This document shows positions 36,717 to 50,232 of a stretch of 64,000 nucleotides of DNA, one piece after another. Source of the DNA: Squalus acanthias (taxonomy: Eukaryota); the NCBI GenBank assembly GCA_030390025.1, contig CM059432.1, forward strand, positions 31,932,001 through 31,996,000, given 5' to 3'. The notes beneath the pieces are model-generated. The model was given only the letters and a program-made list of their open reading frames with translations, was not told the DNA's origin and ran no database searches. Position 1 is the first letter of the stretch; each line of letters opens with the position of its first letter. A program made the position numbers and the translations under genes.

Positions 36717-38100
36717 ATTAGTTATTTTCTATTTTATTGGCCTTAGCCCTCGCCCCAGCCAGATTTCCTCATTGATGGGACTTTGAGGGGTCGACCTTTT
36801 TAATGGGAGCTAGGATACATCCAATTTGGCTCCGGATAACTCTGTAACCCAATGCCCCATTTGGTAGGATGTTCCTAGTTTGACAAGCAGCAAGTAGAAA
36901 CCTAGGAGTGCACAGGTCCAGAATAAAACCACAGCCTCTCTTCCATCTCTCATTTTCCACTCACCAATGTCATCACTATACTTATTTTGTTGAAGTTCAC
37001 CCTTGATCCCTTCCCAACTCGTGAGCATCCAACTTCACCCTCCGCCCCATTACCACAGACGACATCAACCTGTCCCTATCCTCTGGTTCATTCCCTACAC
37101 TTTTCAAAACTGCTGTCATCACTCCCCACCTCCCCCTCGAAAAGCTGCACTCAATGCCTCCATCCTTTCTCCAGCTACCATCCAATCTTCAACCTTCCCT
37201 TCTTTCTAAAGTTCTCGCATATGTCTCACATCAATGCTCCCACCTCTCGCACTACTCCCTCATTGAAGCCCTCTAGTCAGATTCTGCCATGCCCACAGCA
37301 CCAAAGCTACACTATTCAAAGCCACCCCTGTTCCCTCGCGACCTCTTCGATGCCTGTTGCAGTATAGTTATTTGTTCTCTGGATGCAGGCAGTGCTGGTA
37401 AGGTCACTAGTTCCCCTGAGAAGGTGGCGGTGTGCCATCTCCTTGAACTGCTTTCAGTCTTTGTGATGCTGCTTCCATGATGGTGTTGGGTTTGGAATTC
37501 CAGGATTTTGACTCGGCGACGATAAAGGAACGGTAGTATATGTCATTCAGGGTGGTATGAGATTGGGCGGGAAACTTAGAGGTAATGGTGTTCCCACGAT
37601 CTTGCTGTTCTTGTCATTCTTGGTACTAGAGGTTCTCAGTTGGTCGCAGTCTCTTGATGCAGAAAATTGTGGGATTGATCCAAAGCCCAGAGCATATTCT
37701 AGACTGCCACTGAGGGAGTGCTGCATGTCAGAAGTGCCATCTTTTGGATGCTAAACCAAGTTCTGGTGTCACTGTTGAAGAAAAAGCAGCAACTTCTCCT
37801 GGCCTCTTGGCTAACATTCCTCCCTCAATCAACGCAGCCATTTATCTGATTGCTGTTTGTGTAACATTGCTGGCTGTCACTCCCAAGAAAAAAAGTAATT
37901 AATTCTTTGTGAAGCACTTTGTGACACTTTTGATAATGGTAGATAAATATTTGCCACTGGAAAAGTGCAATCTGGAAACATACTCAGTAAACCAGGATGG
38001 ATTCAATTTGGGTAGGAAGCAGGGGTTTAACTTTTTGAATGTATTTTAACAAACAAAAATGATTAACATAAATATTTAACTTTTTTTTTAATGAAATTAG

Positions 38101-38165
38101 TTGCAGCAAATCTACAGAAAATAGTGGATGAACCAGCTGTAAATAGATCTGTCACTTTCAAATTG
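38101..38165 (+). CDS. OXSR1: OXSR1 exon (VAANLQKIVDEPAVNRSVTFKL)
   Basis: AG at 38099-38100; GTGAGT donor; phase 1/0; NRSVTFKL resembles OXSR1 more than STK39 as recalled. Confidence 0.96.
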
Positions 38166-41100
38166 GTGAGTATAAGATTTCCATACTGATGTTTACACTG
38201 CAGTCAGGATGTCGTTCTCAAAAATGTCATGATATTGTAACTAGTTTGAGTCACTGCTGTGCACTGACTGTTAGGTTCAGGAAAGGATATGGGTGATGTC
38301 CATTGCGGGACTTAAATCAGAGGCAGGCGCATTAATGCTTGGGAGTCATAGTAGGCCTGTTCCTTGCATCTCTGAGCTGCTATGCATCGCTCACCTCCTG
38401 TGGGATTCACTGAGATGGGGGAGAGGTAGAGAGAGAGAGACTAAAAGAAACCGTGCTTTAGAAAAGACGAACCAATGGGTTTAGTGAAGGCGTAAGATTT
38501 GCAAGGGAGGTGGGCTCTGCAAGAGGGTTCTGTAAAACTGGTCTTGGAGGAATTCATTGCTCAGGAATGTGACTCTCGACGCAGTCATTGAGTGACCCAT
38601 AATTGAATTGTGTCCAGAAACAGTTTTTTGTATTATCATAGTTCAATTTCCGAGTTTTAACCTCCCCCCGAAAAGTAACAAAACCGAAGCATCGTAAACC
38701 TACAGTTTGCTGAATAAGTGCTCGTAAGGATTAGCTGGATCCGCGGTTTTGAAAAGTGGGGAGCTCCGTGTCGGTGCAAGTAAATTAAGTGCAGGGAGAG
38801 AGGGGGCTTGTAATATTGTACGTAGCTTACTGTCAGTGTGGTTATAAGTGCAAAAGCTGATTTGCAGTTGAGTATATAGTACTGGTTAAACAATTGACTA
38901 TATTGAGTAACTTTGCAGAGAGGTAATTCCGCCAATAAGTTTTTTTCCCCTTCCTCCCTCTTCTAAAGGCACTGCTTGTTGCTGGCATATAGTTCCATTA
39001 TTGCTTTCTCATCCCGCACCCCCACACTTCACCCAAATGGTAGCCAGTGTTCATGTGTAAAACTCGAGACTGAAAGATTTATAAATTATTTGAGTGGGGT
39101 GGGGGAAGAGAGGGAGAGGAGAGACTTCACAACTGAGCCCAATCATGTCCTTGCCCAGCATCTATTTTTGCGCACACTCCTGTAAGAGAATCCAGGCTGA
39201 TTTTTCCTCATCCGAGATAGTGCCGCAGAGACCAGTGCAGTGCCCTATTGCTACGCTGGCTGAAACCAGCTAACTCAGTCATATCAGGGACTTCCTGGTC
39301 TGTCTGGCTCAGTGTTAGCCTTGGCAGTATACTTAGTAACAGCTCGGGGCAGAAAACCAGGTTTTGTTGCAGAGAAGGATTTTTTTGTGTGTTTTTGGAT
39401 ATATTTTTACTAGTTGGTGATCGTGCTATGGGATTTCTGTTGTATTGGGGGTTTTCACAAGTAAATTTGAGGGGCGGGTACATGGAAAGAGTAGGCACAT
39501 TGGATTAGAGTAGGTAGTCCCACTGTGGGCTAGCATTGGGCGAGACATGATGGGCATCCTGTTGTGCCAATTTCTGTCATTGGTTAATTATCCATTTTTT
39601 GCTGATTTTTGTTTTTTCCAATTAAATTGCTGCTTGCTATGTTCTTGTCCTTATGCATGTACATTCTTGCAGCAGAATCCTGCCTGATGTTTACCCAGAG
39701 CAACATAGGGCAGTGAGACCACTTGGGACTTGTTGATCACAGTCAGCAGCTGCTGACAGTAACTTCAGCCCAGGTGCTGAATGATCTGTTTTGCTGTTGG
39801 GTGTTTGGCAGTTTTCTCGATGAGGTGGCACTGGCCTCATTTCATTGCTCAGTCTGAACGTGCACAGGTCTGTGTTTCCATGCTACCAGTTCAAGATAGA
39901 AGGATTGTTGAATTTGGGGCTTTATACGATTTGTAGTGAAAGTCAGAGAGCAACATTTTCGCAGACAGCGGAACAGACTTTCTCTTCCAACCTCGGCATT
40001 CCAACCATTTGTTCATAAATGTTCAAAAACGTTTCCTAATTAGAAGTAAGATCATTTCATCCCTAACTTGCCATTACCTTTATTTGCCTTCTCTTTGGGA
40101 TCTTCCTGCATCATGCGCTTTCCCCTAATAGATGGACTGTCATCTTGCTAAGATGCCAAGTGTTGATAGAAGACGAGTCTAACCATTCTACGTGGGGCGA
40201 GTTTGGCTTTTATTTGGGAGAGATTAGGCCTTCACTATTGTTGAGAATCTGGGCCCCCACACTCTGCCTCATCAGTTTATGAATCTCCAGCAAAACCTGT
40301 GAAATAAAAATTCCTCTCTAGTTTCTTCCCTCCTCGCTCGAAGTGACCGACTCAGGCAGGGCAATGAAACCAATTGTGCTTGTCGATCAGAGTCAGCAGT
40401 TGCTAATGGTGACTTCAGCCCATTTGCTGATCAGCTTTGCAGGGAAAGTTCGATGCTCCTGTCAACTCAACTTCTCTGCTTCCCAAATTGCCCTGTATTT
40501 CTCGGAATGACTGCTGCCATCCAGTACCACACTCCAGTGCTCAAGTGGCCCCTTACCATGTGTAAGCATGGACCGTGAGTGGTTGTATACTATTCGACTC
40601 TCGGAGGCATTGTAGCCAAGCATGCTCCTAAAAAAAAAAAAAAAAATCATAGAATGTTACAACACAACAAAATGGCCATTTGGATCATCAAGTCTGTACC
40701 AGTATTTTTTCACCATCTAGTCTAATTCCACTCTGCGACTTAGTTGAGCTTCATGCACACCCACTTTCCAGCAGGAGTCACTACATAGTAATTGGGAGCT
40801 TGGAACGCTGATATTTTTCCCCTCCCAAGAACGGGGGTGCTGAGACTACTTGGCGCAACCAACTGGAATTAGCTAACTCAACAAAGATCAGGAAATGAAC
40901 CAGGGACCTTTCTGCTCATTATGACTCATGACACTAGTCAATCTCCCATGGCATTGCGCAGAGTCGAGACCAAATGTAGTCTTTAGGTGAAGTGGGATTA
41001 GAGGGCGAGATAATTGGAGCAGGGTGTGCAGAGGTATTGGAGTCCCCATTTTGAAGATGCACCTTCTGCCCTTATTTTTATAATATTTTGATTTTATATC

Positions 41101-41385
41101 ATTACTTATAGTTAAATGACCAAATGCAGTGTGATGTTTTTGGGTTGATCGGAGCGTGGGACTTTCCCTGCAGTACAGGTTGAGGAGCTGGGAGATGCTG
41201 AACTGAGGCGCTACAGCACCACCACTGGTGGGAGGGGGCAATTACAGTGTGAAAGTTTACATAGGCAGTTTCCATTATAAATGTGGAAATAGGAATTTAT
41301 AATGGTAAAAAAAATTGACAGCAAGTCCGTGCATGTAACATTTTTAATGTTATAGATATTAAAACATACTTTTTTTGATCCACAG

Positions 41386-41460
41386 GCTTCCAGTGTTGAA
41401 GAATCAGATATTCCTGATGATATTAAACTCATAGGATTTGCACAACTTACCATTAGTTAA
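41386..41460 (+). CDS. OXSR1: OXSR1 last coding exon (ASSVEESDIPDDIKLIGFAQLTIS*)
   Basis: CACAG acceptor; TAA stop at 41458-41460; C-terminal KLIGFAQL.IS motif; an SLC22A13-like neighbour supports OXSR1 over STK39. Confidence 0.96.
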   Translation, partial: ASSVEESDIPDDIKLIGFAQLTIS

Positions 41461-44400
41461 ATCACACTACAACAAATAAAAACCTGCTGACCCCATCTGT
41501 GAATAGGTATCTCACTGGTGTTGGCCTGAGGAAACTTGTACTGCCAAAGAGTGACGACATTTGCCTGTAGGACTCGCAACATTTACCCCCCCCCCCCCCG
41601 TAACGAGGAATCTGCAAATAGAAAAGTGAATTGAGCATTTGCTTGCCGTACCCTAACAACGGAACAGTCGCCATCAAGAGCTTTCCAGAACATTCCAGCT
41701 TGCAGATTCCCCATATGATGTGGGGTGCCTGATGTAGGCGAACTGCAGAATTGCCAGCTCTCATCTGCTATTCCCCCACCCCACACCTTTTTTAAAATTG
41801 CCTTATTTTTTGACAGTGCTTTACTGATCAGTTTAAAAAAAAATCTTTTCCCCACGGTACTCGATGAGACCTAGTGCAGCAAATTGAAAAATTGTGTGGT
41901 TTCAGTAATTCGTCCTTAACTTGATTAGATTTTTTTTTTTAAACACACACACTTTACAAAGATTAAAACAAAAATAAGAGCAATGCTTATTTTTTTGAAT
42001 TACAATTCATCTAAATTGTACTTTCCAATGGGCTGCAACCCAAAAGCAATGGCCAATGTATTTTTTGTTTTTGTGCGCATACTGCGCATTAGAGCTACCC
42101 AGGCACATCATTAACTGCCTTTTGACGTGATCTAAAAGTAGATTTTTTTGTTTATATGTGGTAAAGGTAAACCAGAATATAAATATTAATGAGAATGAAA
42201 TCACTGAGGTGAAGCCTTTTCTTTTACTTTTTTTTCCATTTATATAATATAAAGTATTAAGGCACGATCTGTAGCCCACCTTTATAATCCACAGACGGAG
42301 TGTACATGTAAAAGGTGACGCAGCAATTGGTTTAATTTTTTCCCGCTGACCCATCCCTGGTGCCTGTGGGAGAATTTGGTATTGAGAGGAAATTTTTTTC
42401 AACTGTCAGATCTTTTAGTACAAAAAAAATTTAAAAGTTGTAACTGTTGAACGGTGAATTGTATCTTGTAATTCTCTTGAAAGGTCGTGAGAGCTGTCCT
42501 GTTCAGGCTTCTGCAGTCTTCTGTAGTTTTGAGTGAGAGCATGTGTTGGTTTGTTAAACTTGCTTCTTGTAACTCATCTTTGGGTCGCAAAATGAAAATA
42601 ACACGAGATGTGCAACATTTTGCAGTATTGTCACTGGGGCTTATTCAATGTATTGGTAGTATCATGCTATACAAAAGATCGCACTTAAGCCAATACACTT
42701 TAAAGTTGCACTAATATTCTGTGGTGTGATCCTCTTAATTCATTACTCCAAACTTCTCCCACAACTATCACCACCACCACTGACAGGTCTGCAGTATGTC
42801 ATCCTGGTGCTAGACAGCGACAAACACTGTCCAAACCAAGTTTGAGCAGAATGTATAATTAAACCACTGGATTTTTTTTTTTAACATTTCAGTTAGACAT
42901 AGCTTGAGAATTTTGTACGCCTACCATTTATGCTTTACTGAACTTATAGTGACAAACACTATCCAGAATGCCTTGTGGTACTATTTGCATAGGAAATGCA
43001 ATAGAGACCCCACGCAGCATCAGTCAGCAGTTATGGGAGAGCGGGTGGGGTGGGGTATATTGCCCTGTAGAACACTTTGGAGATTGGCTGCCTTGTTTTG
43101 CACATTTTGGGCAGGCCATCAGTTTGAGGAGATAGTTGGGGCTTTAGCTTTCCATGCGTGTCACAGTTTGATGTATGTTTGTAAACGCAAAAATAAAAAT
43201 TGTCTTGCCTTGCTGCCTTTAAAAGCAGGTTTCAAACTTTTCCATGTAGCTGCCCCCCCCCCCCCCACCCCCTGAATATTAACCCTTCCCAAGGAGTTCC
43301 TGACCTGACTTCTGCAACTCTGTCAGCTACCAGGAGAATCATGCTACCATTAGGCAAAAGTAATAATGTGCTTGTAACTCACAAGATACTTAAAAGCTGA
43401 GGACGGCCTTTAACCCATCTTAATTCATCCATCTAGAAAGATCCTACAGTTTCCCCCTACCAATTGCTGCATCTAATTGTTTCTTAATTGATTCCAAGGT
43501 ATTCACCACTCTATCTGGAAATCCATTCCAAGTGTTAGTCACTCTGAGAATTATTTCCTGATGCTGATTTTAAATTTACCTTTTACTAGTTTGAACCTGT
43601 GTCCCTTTGTACTACTCTCACAATTTAATTTTAAGCAATATTCCAGACTTGCCTTTTGTATTCCTTCAACTACCTTAGATACTGCTATAAAGTCACCTTT
43701 CTTTCCTGACTGAAAATCAACAAGTAGAGAATAAAACCTAGAACCCAGAATTGTTCATGGGCTGTGGTACGCTCGGCCTCCGGATGGGCACAAATCTGAT
43801 GACCTTGCAGACCCTAGTTTGAAAACCTACGCGTTGAAGGAAAGATTTATGGAGGAGTAACTGGAGCCACATAATCACATAGTTAGATTGATTAGACTTG
43901 TGGTGCTTTTAAAATATTTTTAAAAACAATCAGCTTGATATTTGAAAGAGATGCCTGAAAGCGGCATGTACTTTTTGAAATAACTGCACTTAACCTTGAT
44001 TGACGAATTGTACTACTGTGTAAATACTGCAAATTCGTTTTTTTAATGATTATTTTAAAATTACTGAGTCTTTCACTGTTGACCTTGGTATTTATTTACT
44101 GGCTTTTGAATGATTTGAGAATATGAATTTTGGCTTTAGTAGGGAACCTTTTTCAATTTGTCTTCCAGCACATGGGAATTATAGGATCTTTTACGTGACC
44201 CACCTGCATGATTTTTAACAACTCTTTTTCTAAGTTTGTATAGACCTAGCATTAGTTACTTCATTAATATATACCTATTAACTGGGACTGAGGACTGCTG
44301 TCACTAAGGCTAACTCGCAACTTGGTGTAATACTGATTGTAGCACAACAGAGGTGTAAAATATCATGCTCACTTATTTTTTCAACATGATTATGTTTTGG

Positions 44401-44465
44401 ATTTTATTGCATGGTTTTGCTAATTCCTTTTAATCAATAAACAGCAAACTATCTATTGTTGTGTA
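41461..44465 (+). other. OXSR1: Probable OXSR1 3' UTR (~3 kb)
   Basis: Repeat-poor, AT-rich stretch after the stop; AATAAA at 44436-44441 followed by a GT/T-rich tract; TGTAAATA (Pumilio-type) at 44019-44026. Confidence 0.6.
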
Positions 44466-44620
44466 TTTGAAGGTGAGATTTCAACAGCTCGGTATTTGGT
44501 AACTAAATTAACTTTCGAATGTGCATAAGAAAAGCTTATAACTAGATAAAGGCCATTCAGCTGATCAAGCCCCCTGATTTCAGTCAGAAGAAAGACTTGC
44601 ATTTACATATCATCTTAGTT

Positions 44621-45078
44621 GTTAGCTGTCACTCAGTTGGTAACACTCTCACCTCTAAGTCAGAAGGTCATGGTTTCAAGCCCCACTCCAGAGACGAGCA
44701 CAAAACCTAGGCTGACACTTCAGTGCATACTGAGGAGTGCAGCACTGTTGGAGGTGCCATCTTTTGGATAAGACGTTAAGTCGAGGTCTTGTCTGCCCCC
44801 TCAGGTGAATGTAAAAGATCCCATGGCATTTTTCAAAGAAGCACAGGGGAGATCTCCCCGGTGCCCTGGCCAACATTTATCCCTCAACCAACAGCACTAA
44901 AAACAGATTATCTGGTCACTGTCTCATTGCTGTTTGTGGGATCTCACTGTGTGCAAATTGGCTGCTGTGTTTCCTACATTACAACAGTAGCTGCACTTCA
45001 AAAAATAATTCATTGGCTGTAGAGTGCTTTGGGACGTCCTGAGGTCAAGAAAGGCACCATATAAGTGCAAGTTCTTTT
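44621..45078 (+). mobile_element. Deu-domain SINE, followed tail-to-tail by a partial minus-strand copy (~45104-45290)
   Basis: tRNA-like head (CTCAGTTGG...GGTTTCAAGCCC), Deu core and tail. Confidence 0.85.
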
Positions 45079-47110
45079 AACACATTGTCAAAATGTGTCT
45101 TGACGTTTCAGTGAATTACTTTTGTAGTGCAGCAAAATAATGAACATGCCAACTGTCTACAGCAGCTTCCCACAAACAGCAATGTGATGGATGATCTTTT
45201 GATGTTGGTTGAAGGAGGAATGTTGGCTGGGGCACAGAGTTCTTTGCTCCTCTTCAAATAGTGCCGTGGGATCTCTAACATTTCTTTAAACTTCACTTAT
45301 GGATCTTAGCCCCATCCCAGATCTTTACGCTTTCTTAACCTATGATCTATTAATATCTCTAACCCGTAACATTCTCTGCGACTGACCCAGAATGAACTAC
45401 CATTTTCTGTAGATTTGTTCCACATATCCCCTCCCCAAGGACAAGTGATGAGTGCTTTTAATCTTAAAATGGCTATATAGAATGATTATCTTATACCTTT
45501 CATTAGTCTAAAGACAAATGAATTATTCCTCTAAAGTCCAGTGGCAAATCAAAGCTCAACTATGAGCAGGACTCCACCACTTAAAAAAAATTATGGCTCC
45601 ACGCTGTTGACGTTGGGTCAGCCAAACCATACAATTGGTGACCAGCATAGCACATAAAATGTGAAGCACTAAGGCAGTTTTTTTAAAACCGTGGTTAGCT
45701 GCTTATTTGACGACTAGTTGGCTGTTAAAACTGCAACAGAGTGAGACAAAAAATATTAATCTTTTAATGTTATGGTGTGTGTTGGTTAACATATTCAAGC
45801 ATCAGTAGCTGGTACTATAGAGTGCTGGGTACAAGTTCAGACCATATCTACTCCGCTGTGGGAAGGTGCTGAGTGAGGAGCAGGAAAATCAAAGGAACCG
45901 TCCTTGGCTCCGTATATGCCATACTCCCTCAGGATTAACAGTAGAGTGGTATCGGTGGAGGAACTGGGAACAGGCTGGGACTGAGGAACATTGTGGGGCA
46001 GAGCAGAGGGAGGTGTATTCAGCATCTTGGACTATTGCACATGATGTGGGAGTGCTTGATATCGGCAGTAGGAAAGTGTTCCTTTTCCCAGCGCTAACGT
46101 CCTTCTTGATGAGCACAAAATTCTACCCCCAAAACATGTGGAAAATAGATTAGAATAAAGCCTACTGTGGAAAAGGTGCTCTGGTCACACTATTTGCATC
46201 TGGACCATGCCCTAGAGTCTAGTCTTGATCTCTCCAGTTCCTGTTGAATTGAGAGTGTCCATTTTTCTCGCTGAATGTTTTAATCCAGGGTATCCAAACT
46301 ATAGCTATGGGGCTACTCGAAGCCTTTGACGCCCAGACAAGTGTTATATTTGTGTTGATGGTTCTTACTCGATGTTTGAAACTTGCGATCCTGGAGATTT
46401 GGAAAGGGCCATTTTTAGCACTGATGCCTCATTGGTGTATAAATCGGAACACCCAAGATATTTTTGTATCAGCAGCTTTAGATATGCAAATTAATGGAGC
46501 CATGGATTCAAACTTTACCATGAGGCCCTTGAGGCTCCATGGTATGAATGTAAGTGGCATATGAAATCAAAAGCTTGGTCTCCTTTGCTTTAACGTAATG
46601 TATATAGTGACAAATTATTAATTTTTGATTGTGAAGCAACTTCTACTTAAGTCTTGGTGTGTTTGAGATTTCCTCGGCCTGTAATCCTATCCCTTCACGG
46701 GGTTTGGAGCAAACCACTTGACGAGAGCCTCCACACTGACTCCCTTCAGTAAATGCTGGGATCACACATCCCCTACTTTTGTTTAGAAATCACAGATTTA
46801 GTTTAATTAGCTGCTGTTAGCTTATCGATTTAAGTGTGCCATCACTGTTGCCCTTTGAATTATTGGCAGAGGCTCATTCTTTGCAAACACAATGAACCTG
46901 TAATGTCGGTGTGTACTTAACTCGTCCCAAGTGTACCATATTGATCTGTGCCCTAAGTTGGCATCCTTTCATTCTGTTGCACATCGTAGCAACGATTAAC
47001 TGAGATCGGGAGGCTGTGTGGTTAATTGTAGACATCTGTGATTGAGCATTAATTCAGTCGCTGTTTTTATAGCTTGGACTTTGTACGTTTCCTGCTTTAG
47101 AATTGAGACG

Positions 47111-47506
47111 ATGAAGAGGGGAGACAAGATGAATGACTTTGGAGAAATTCTTAAAGCTGTGGGAGAATTTGGTCTATTTCAAAAACGTTTGATGGTGCTA
47201 ATATGTTTGCCAAATTTGTTCATGGCGTTCCACTTGCTTGCTCAGATTTTTACTGGTGCGAGTGTCCAGCATCACTGTAAGACCAACTGGATCTTAAACA
47301 TCAGTGCTAATTTGTCCGAAGATGATCAGTTGCTCCTGACTCTCCCGAAGGAAAAAGATGGGTCTTACCAGAAATGTAAAATGTACATGCCAAATCGAGA
47401 CAAGAATATCGACTGGATATGGTTACACAGAAACAGGTCCACGGTAGCATGTGACGATGGATGGGTATACAACAAGTCGCAATATAGCTCGACCTTAGTT
47501 ACGGAG
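47111..47506 (+). CDS. SLC22A13: SLC22A13-like organic ion transporter, first coding exon (TM1 and glycosylated extracellular loop)
   Basis: MNDFGEILKAVGEFGLFQKRL...HHC...C...CDDGWVYN...STLVTE; sequons NIS/NLS/NRS/NKS; GAG|GT donor; in-frame ATGs at 47111 and 47129. The paralogue name rests on synteny. Confidence 0.88.
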
Positions 47507-48051
47507 GTTTGTATTCTTGTTTATAATGTATAGAGTTCTGCCTTTGTTTACACTTGTGCGCTGCCGCCCCCGGAAATAGTGAAAAGTACCAAGGCGACCC
47601 CTCATTTGTTGCTTTGCAGGTCACCCACGAGATATTCACACACACGACGGTTAGAATCTGGAATTCTCCCACAGACTGTTGTTGAACCCAAGTTAAATAG
47701 CTTTAAAATGCAATTGGGACAGTTCCTGGAAAAAGAGAAATACTAAAGATATGGGAAGTGAGCAGGAAAGTGGCTCGTGGAGAAAAACACTGTCTTGATG
47801 GCAATATTGCCTGCTTCGATCAATAAAGTGGGTAATTGGGATTGTATACATTAAAACTGTATCCTATCCTTTCGGGACTTAGAACATCATCTGCTAAATG
47901 GTGCTGGTGAATAATGGATAGAGTATAAGCCACTGGAGCAAGCGCAGTTTAGTAGGACAACAGCTTCCTAGGACTGATCTGCTGGGAATGGATTTTGTAA
48001 TGAGTTCTGCTGGTTCAGGGTTGGGTCGATCCTTTCAATCTGGTTAGGCAG

Positions 48052-48330
48052 CATAGAGTCATAGTTATACAGCACAGAAAGAGGCCCATCGTGTCCACAC
48101 CGGCCATCAAGCTCTGTCTATTCTAATCCCATTTTCCAGCACTTGGTCCGTAGCCTTGTATGCTATGGCGTTTCAAGTGCTCATCTAAATGCTTCTTGAA
48201 TGTTGAGGGTTCCTGCCTCTACTGCCCTTTCAGGCAGTGAGTTCCAGATTCCAAGCACCCTCTGGGTATTGACCCTCTACTAAGGGGAACATTTCCTTTC
48301 TATCTACCCTATCTATGCCCCTCATAATTT
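48052..48330 (-). mobile_element. CR1 3' end fragment, same subfamily as 52006-53850
   Basis: CATAGAGTCATAG tail; reverse complement of the 53500-53850 region. Confidence 0.8.
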
Positions 48331-49348
48331 TGCACTTTTGAGAATCCCCGCGAAACCTTTTGTTTGTGATCTATTCGAACACTGGTATTTCATTCCCATG
48401 TTTGCATGTCAGTGGAACAGCTGAGTCTCAGTTGATGTGAAATGAGCTCTTCTAATGTGGGGAAATGGGTCAAGCGACAGGAGAAGTATTCCACTGAAGT
48501 GTTCCGTTTAACCAGCTTGTACTGCATTATAGTGATTGCTGTCCTGGAGCTTTCAATTTCCTTTTGGGAGCTCAGGAAGAGAGATCAATTTCCTTTTCTT
48601 GCATGTTGTTTGCTTTGGGTATTGCCCTCCTTTTGAGAGCTTAAGATGGGGTGATGCCATTTCAAATTGAAGACACGGACTTTCAGTAGGAGTGAGCTTG
48701 GGCCAAACGGAACTTTCCTCATTCCACATGTTATCGATTTACTAGTAAATATCTACTGGTGTTGCCATTGTTCAGTTGATTAATGTAAGTTATTTTTTTT
48801 ATATATGATGGTGATGGAGCTGGCAGCAATACTTCATAACTTGCTCCATATAATCACCTAGTGGCTAGAGCCTGCAACTACATTTTGACCGTTGACCGCA
48901 AACTTAAATTGAAATGTTGATAACAGGAAGTTATCGTTTTTGAATAAGTAGTGCACTAGCTACACAAGTATTTTGATGTGTATATATAATTAAATGATTT
49001 TAAAATTGTGCGAAATAGCCACTAATTTGCTTAACATTCTGGACTTTAACAACTATCCAAAAATAAACGTGAGCATGATATAGGCTGATGGAGGGTTATG
49101 TCTTTGAAGAAAATATTAGCTTTTGTTTCAAACTCTATATCGGACCCAAATGGAAGAAAACACAAAACGCCAGAGACACATTTCATTCAAAATGATGTAT
49201 CCTGGTTAATTGTAAACACATGTCTATTTTACAGTAGATTTTTAATCTTAAAGAAAAAGAAAGTGACACACTAACCAGACCATCACTTCTCCAATAGTAC
49301 GTCGACACTCACTTCTACATCCAAGATCCCACCCAGTTTAGAGACACT

Positions 49349-50232
49349 CTGCCCTTCTTCAGGCCTACATCAGATGACTGCACAGTGTTCAGTTCCATTT
49401 GCTACTCCTCAGATAATGAAGCAGTCCATGCCTGCATGCCGCAAGACCTGGACAACATTCAGGCTTGGGCTGATAAGTGGCAAGCAATATTTGTGCCACA
49501 CAAGTGCTAGGCAATGACTGTCTCCAACAACTGGGAGTCTAGCCACTGCCCCTTGACATTCATTGGCATTACCATAACTGAATCCCCCACCATCAACATT
49601 CTGGGGTTTGCCATTGCCCAGAAACTTAATTGGACCAGCCACAAAAATACTGCGGCAACAAGAGCAGGTCAGAGGCCAAGTATTCTATGACGAGTGTCTC
49701 CCCTCCTGACTCCCCAATTCTACAAGGCACAAGTCAGGAGTGTGATGGGATACTCTCCACTTGCCTGGATGAGTGCAACTCCAACAACACTCGAAGCTCG
49801 ACACCATCCTGGACAAAGCAGCCCGCTTGGTTGATACCCCATCCACCACCGGCGTACCATGGCTGCAGTGTGTAGCATCTACAAGATGCACTGCAGCAAC
49901 TTGCCAAGACTTCTTTGGCAGCACCTCCCAAACCTACAACCTCTACCACCTAAAAGGACAAGGGCAGCAGGCATATGGGAACACCACCAACTCCAAGTTC
50001 CCCTTTCAAGTTACACACCATCTTCACTTGGAAATGTAGTGCCGTTCCTTCATCGTTGCTGGGTCAAAATCCTGGAACTCCCTACCTAACAGCACTGTGG
50101 GAGTACCTTCACCACGCGAACTGCAACGGTTCAAGAAGGTGGCTCACCACCACTTTCTCGAGGGCAAATTGGAATGGGCAATAACTGCTGGACTTACCAG
50201 CGACGCCCACATCCCAGGAATGAATAAAAAAA
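49349..50232 (+). mobile_element. 3' fragment of a poly(A)-tailed CR1/L2-group LINE distinct from the HER1-type copies
   Basis: Degenerate DLDNIQAWADKWQ, YKAQVRSVM and LDTILDKAARL motifs; ends ATGAATAAAAAAAA. Confidence 0.8.

Noticed and set aside
302..41460. STK39 (SPAK) instead of OXSR1
   Set aside because: SPRVKES, PISLVLRLR, NRSVTFKL and the SLC22A13-like neighbour fit OXSR1 better
47042..47533. 163-aa ORF as a complete single-exon gene
   Set aside because: The TTG start and VCILVYNV tail fall outside the exon; the true exon ends at the GT at 47507 and joins 63792
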